Below, piece by piece: positions 60,806-64,000 of a DNA stretch of 64,000 nt. The notes beneath the pieces were generated by a model. It did no database searches and was not told where the DNA came from. It saw only the letters and a list, made by a program, of their open reading frames with translations. Position 1 is the first letter of the stretch. Each line of letters begins with the position of its first letter. The translations under genes and the position numbers were made by a program. Where the stretch lies: IMG/VR virus record IMGVR_UViG_3300045988_103535, one strand, 5' to 3'. The stretch is from a virus.

Positions 60806-60829
60806 TACAAGTAAAAGGCGGTAGGTACA

Positions 60830-61093
60830 ATGAAAAAAATGTTATTTTTAGAAGCTATAGAATTCGAAAGATGTCCTAATGTAATAGAAAGTTCAACATT
60901 AGCAGATTACGTTATCAATTATTTAGACGTATTTGAAAATACACAATTAAACGAAAGTCAATTCAAACTATTAGTAGCAAGCTTAGAACGTAAAGGGTTA
61001 ATCAAATTAGATAGAACTGCACCTGATTATAAATATTGGAGAATAGGTTTAACACAAGATGGACAAAACGTGCTAGACAGTATTCGTAAATAA
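60830..61093 (+). CDS. small winged-helix-like protein
   Basis: The 'LVASLERKGLIKLDR' motif is shared with three other early proteins. Confidence 0.45.
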   Translation: MKKMLFLEAIEFERCPNVIESSTLADYVINYLDVFENTQLNESQFKLLVASLERKGLIKLDRTAPDYKYWRIGLTQDGQNVLDSIRK

Positions 61094-61106
61094 TATAATA
61101 TAAAAA

Positions 61107-61137
61107 CTCATACAAAGGAACAAAACCTTTGTATGAG
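61107..61137. other. perfect 12-bp stem hairpin without + strand U-tract
   Basis: CTCATACAAAGG-aacaaaa-CCTTTGTATGAG. The T-run lies only on the minus-strand side. Confidence 0.5.
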
Positions 61138-61180
61138 GCGCATAGAAGGTTATTTAATATAATATAAGGAGGTGGTATAT

Positions 61181-61414
61181 ATGAAATATATGCAAAGAGT
61201 AGAAGTTGGAAAAGATACTTATGTATACCCAAAATATCCAATAGAACTTAATACAGAAGGCCATATGTATTTAGGTTGTTCACAAGTTAATTGCAAGCAT
61301 ATAAATAATTGTAATAAATGTATGCTAAACTTTGCTAGACGTAATCAATTACAAATTAAGACATTGCTAATACAAAACTATGACCAAGCTAAACACAGAT
61401 GGCAATATATTTAA
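61181..61414 (+). CDS. small Cys-rich protein (paralogue A)
   Basis: ATG at 61181 lies 8 nt after GGAGG. Contains 'CSQVNCKHINNCNKCMLNFARR'. Confidence 0.5.
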   Translation: MKYMQRVEVGKDTYVYPKYPIELNTEGHMYLGCSQVNCKHINNCNKCMLNFARRNQLQIKTLLIQNYDQAKHRWQYI

Positions 61415-61426
61415 GGAGTTGATTAT

Positions 61427-61627
61427 ATGATTATAAATCTTCAAGGCGAATGGGCAATAGTATACCCAGACAAATTATGGGGTGAAAATACAATATGTTG
61501 TGCAGATGTATTATGTGAATATAACAATAATATAGAATGTAAACATTGTATTTTAAGATTGGCGGTAAGGTCATTACCACAATTAGTTTCAGAAGGTGTT
61601 ATTAAATTTTTAGATAGGGAGGAATAA
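61427..61627 (+). CDS. small Cys-rich protein (paralogue B)
   Basis: 'CCADVLCEYNNNIECKHCILRLAVR' shows the same C..C......C..C.L..A.R layout as the previous gene. Confidence 0.5.
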   Translation: MIINLQGEWAIVYPDKLWGENTICCADVLCEYNNNIECKHCILRLAVRSLPQLVSEGVIKFLDREE

Positions 61628-61632
61628 AAAGT

Positions 61633-61878
61633 ATGTATAAAGGAAAATTATTTAAAGAAGGACAAGAAGTACGAATAGTACCAGTTGAGGAATTAGTAAG
61701 ATTAAGAGATGATGTAGATATCGTATGTGAAATGTTTAAATACGGAGGATATAAAACTAAAATAGCAAGAGTAGTACCTGAAAAAGAATGGTGGCATCCA
61801 GATATACCTGAATATGAGTTAGAGGTAGATAATAAATTTTGGACATGGTATACTGAACTATTAGAACCAATAGAATAA
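61633..61878 (+). CDS. hypothetical protein
   Basis: GGGAGG SD. 81 aa. Confidence 0.55.
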   Translation: MYKGKLFKEGQEVRIVPVEELVRLRDDVDIVCEMFKYGGYKTKIARVVPEKEWWHPDIPEYELEVDNKFWTWYTELLEPIE

Positions 61879-61896
61879 TATAGGGGTTTAATTTAA

Positions 61897-62679
61897 ATGA
61901 ATAATAATGAGAAATATAAATTATATAATGGTGACTGCTTGGCAGTTATGGATAAACTAATTGAACAGGGAGTAAAGGTGGACGCAGTAATATGCGACCC
62001 ACCTTACGGAACTACTGCTTGTAAATGGGATTCAGTTATACCTTTAGATGAAATGTGGGAAAGATTAAATAAATTAATAAAAGATAATGGCGCTATATGT
62101 TTATTTGGGAATGAACCCTTTACTAGCAAATTAATATGTAGCAATTTAAATAGCTTTAAATATAGATGGGATTGGAATAAAAAAATCCCAAGTGGTATGG
62201 GATATGCAAAATATAGACCAATGCAACAAACTGAAGACATATGTGTATTTACTAAAAATGGAGAAAAAACAATATATAATCCACAGATGATTAAAAGAAA
62301 AAAACCTATAAAAAGTGGAGGCAACACTATTCAAGCAGGTGTTTATAGTGGTTTTAAATGTATGGGCGAAGGAAAAGAGTATAAAAAGACATATGAATAT
62401 AAAAACCCAACTACATTAATCGAATTTGATAAGATAAGAAAAGGAAGTGTGCATCCAACTCAAAAACCAGTAGATTTATTAGAATATTTAATTAAAACAT
62501 ATACAAATGAAAATGATTTAGTATTAGATTTTACTATGGGCAGCGGTAGTACAGGAGTTGCTTGCTTAAACACTACTAGAAAATTTATTGGCATAGAAAT
62601 AGATGAAAAATACTTTAATATTGCTAAAGATAGAATGAAAGCTGCTGCATTAGGTAATAAACAGAAGAAACTATTTTAA
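61897..62679 (+). CDS. orphan DNA methyltransferase (N6-adenine/N4-cytosine type, DPPY)
   Basis: 'VICDPPYGTT' (motif IV) precedes 'VLDFTMGSGSTGVAC' (motif I). No restriction endonuclease partner is present. Confidence 0.85.
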   Translation: MNNNEKYKLYNGDCLAVMDKLIEQGVKVDAVICDPPYGTTACKWDSVIPLDEMWERLNKLIKDNGAICLFGNEPFTSKLICSNLNSFKYRWDWNKKIPSGMGYAKYRPMQQTEDICVFTKNGEKTIYNPQMIKRKKPIKSGGNTIQAGVYSGFKCMGEGKEYKKTYEYKNPTTLIEFDKIRKGSVHPTQKPVDLLEYLIKTYTNENDLVLDFTMGSGSTGVACLNTTRKFIGIEIDEKYFNIAKDRMKAAALGNKQKKLF

Positions 62680-62689
62680 GTAAATACAA

Positions 62690-62720
62690 AGAGTAGATAG
62701 AGAAATATCTACTCTTTTTT
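62690..62720 (+). terminator. rho-independent terminator
   Basis: AGAGTAGAT-N8-ATCTACTCT followed by T6. Confidence 0.8.
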
Positions 62721-62815
62721 ATTGTATAAATGTACTCAAAAAGTTTGGCGGGTGTGGGTGAAATGTATAGTCTAAATATAAAAAGTATATATACAACAAA
62801 TACCTATATAACTAT

Positions 62816-62876
62816 TAACAATCCAATAACAAAGCATTAACAAACATAACACATAAATAAACAAACCCGCATAACT
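62816..62876. repeat. helically phased TAACA repeats (candidate terminase/regulator binding array)
   Basis: TAACA at 62816, 62827, 62838 and 62847; TAAACA at 62858; TAACT at 62872. Spacings are 11, 11, 9, 11 and 14 bp. Confidence 0.45.
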
Positions 62877-62916
62877 GGAGTATAATATAATTAAAACGGA
62901 GAGGAGCTATTAGCTA

Positions 62917-63228
62917 ATGTCTAGAATAGTAAAAGAATTAAAACCATTGGTAATACTATATTCAAGTAAAGAAGAACGATATATAGTTTATAATACCAGT
63001 AAAGAATGGAGTAAAGGACATACGCATATTAAGACATTAAAACAAGCTGAATACTTATGTGATTGCATTAGAAAAAACAAAGTGCCGACCAATGTTAACA
63101 AGTATTTCATCATTAGTTTGCTTAGATTAAGTAATGATGAGAAGTATTCGAACAAATTGGAGTCTAAATTACATAGTTTTCAAGGCTCAAAAGGGTACAG
63201 AAATACCCCTCAGAATGTAAGGAAATAA
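62917..63228 (+). CDS. hypothetical protein upstream of terS
   Basis: GGAGAGGAG SD. 103 aa. No HNH or other motif recognised. Confidence 0.5.
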   Translation: MSRIVKELKPLVILYSSKEERYIVYNTSKEWSKGHTHIKTLKQAEYLCDCIRKNKVPTNVNKYFIISLLRLSNDEKYSNKLESKLHSFQGSKGYRNTPQNVRK

Positions 63229-63347
63229 AGCAAAACATACGATTTTATTTAATAAATTAACTGCGGTGTCAAAAAACCGCCGGCAAAACACTTTTAACGG
63301 TTTATTTATTAAAGTAAAATCGAAATAAACTTAAAAGGAGGTCAAAA

Positions 63348-63971
63348 ATGACAACAAAGAAAAGCAACTGGAACAGTATATGTAATGTAAATGGAGTTAA
63401 AATGTCAGTAACTCAAAGAAACAAAATAATAAAGAATAAATATATTTATGAAGATGTGAGTTTGCAAGATTTAGCAAAAGAATTTAACATTAGTTATCAA
63501 ACAGTTAGATGCTTATCTAGTAAAGAGAAATGGAAGGAAGAAAAAGAAAAAATAATAGCCACATTAAAAGACGACATCGACAAACAAACCTATGATGTAT
63601 ATTTAGAGGCAGGGGTCGATATTAATTTACAATACCATGCGCTATGGCAAGAGTTGTATAATAAAGCAACTTATATGTTAGAGACTGGAGAAGGAATTAC
63701 AAAAGGAGGTCAATATGATGTTTATAAATTAAATCAATTAGCCGACATCATAACTAAAGCACAACAAGGTCAACAATTTACTTCAGGATTACTTAGCAAA
63801 GAAGTTCAAATAGACATAGACATGAAAAAACAAAAACTTGAAATCGACAAAGGTAAATATGAATTACAGAAAAAACTATTAGGAGAAGATGATAGCATGA
63901 CTGTCGACACAACTGGCTTAATGAAAGCATTAGGATTTGCGGCAGTTAACGCAGGAATAGGTGATGAATAA
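63348..63971 (+). CDS. terS: terminase small subunit
   Basis: HTH 'VSLQDLAKEFNISYQTVRCLSSKEKWKEEKEK' followed by a coiled coil. TAATG-coupled to the next ORF at the window end. Confidence 0.6.
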   Translation: MTTKKSNWNSICNVNGVKMSVTQRNKIIKNKYIYEDVSLQDLAKEFNISYQTVRCLSSKEKWKEEKEKIIATLKDDIDKQTYDVYLEAGVDINLQYHALWQELYNKATYMLETGEGITKGGQYDVYKLNQLADIITKAQQGQQFTSGLLSKEVQIDIDMKKQKLEIDKGKYELQKKLLGEDDSMTVDTTGLMKALGFAAVNAGIGDE

Positions 63972-64000
63972 TGCTTAGATTAAAAGATAGAGTTGTGCCA
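63971..64000 (+). CDS. terL: terminase large subunit, first 10 codons only (truncated by window end)
   Basis: The ATG overlaps the terS stop. Translates to MLRLKDRVVP. The assignment is positional only. Confidence 0.35.
   Translation, partial: MLRLKDRVVP

Noticed and set aside
62917-63228. An HNH endonuclease partner of the terminase, as is often found next to terS in cos phages.
   Set aside because: The 103-aa product has no H-N-H or zinc-binding Cys/His pattern. It is left as hypothetical.

Overview
The window looks like an almost complete genome of a virulent-looking, very AT-rich siphovirus of a low-GC Gram-positive host. Every credible gene is on the + strand. The window starts inside the portal gene and ends 30 nt into the large terminase gene. 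By wrap-around, only most of terL and the 5' part of portal are missing. Gene order is as follows. (1) 1-24.7 kb: portal C-terminus, MuF-like head protein fused to an HExxH domain, scaffold, decoration-like protein, E-family major capsid, connector and tail genes, chaperone pair, 1107-aa tape measure, Dit, multi-lysin Tal, collagen-like fibre, second fibre/RBP, holin(s) and an amidase-SH3b endolysin. (2) 24.7-29.4 kb: early operons behind near-consensus sigma-A promoters, with an SNF2 helicase. (3) 29.4-30.0 kb: a 615-bp non-coding region with palindromes and two promoter-to-terminator mini-units. (4) 30-57 kb: replication and nucleotide metabolism. This block holds Bro-N, DnaC-like, DnaB-like, primase, sigma factor 1, an intein-containing class II RNR, a J-domain protein, gp32-like SSB, Pol A, a DUF2156-like/rSAM-like/QueT/DpdA island, beta-clamp, Cas4-like nuclease, RecU-like, dUTPase, RecA, sigma factor 2, HD hydrolase, DnaX/delta'/delta clamp loader and ThyX. 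(5) 57.8-62.7 kb: a second early-type block with a lipoprotein, SprT-like protein, AbrB-like protein, small Cys-rich paralogues and a DPPY methyltransferase. (6) 62.7-64.0 kb: putative packaging region, terS and the terL start. Intergenic DNA is highly stereotyped. About 16 copies of GTTAACA-N17-TATATAA(T/C) promoters are present, plus 3 copies of a TTGACT-N17-TATAAT early promoter repeat and about 20 hairpin terminators. The leads I consider most interesting are: a salvage-type 7-deazaguanine island with two unexpected enzymes; a preQ1-riboswitch-like leader in front of it; four promoter-to-terminator mini-units that look like C-rich anti-SD sRNAs; two phage sigma factors with distinct promoter classes; a MuF-metallopeptidase fusion with a coupled micro-ORF; and a +1 (not -1) chaperone frameshift. 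No tRNA, CRISPR array, integrase or repressor was recognised. All homology statements rest on motif recognition by eye, not database searches.
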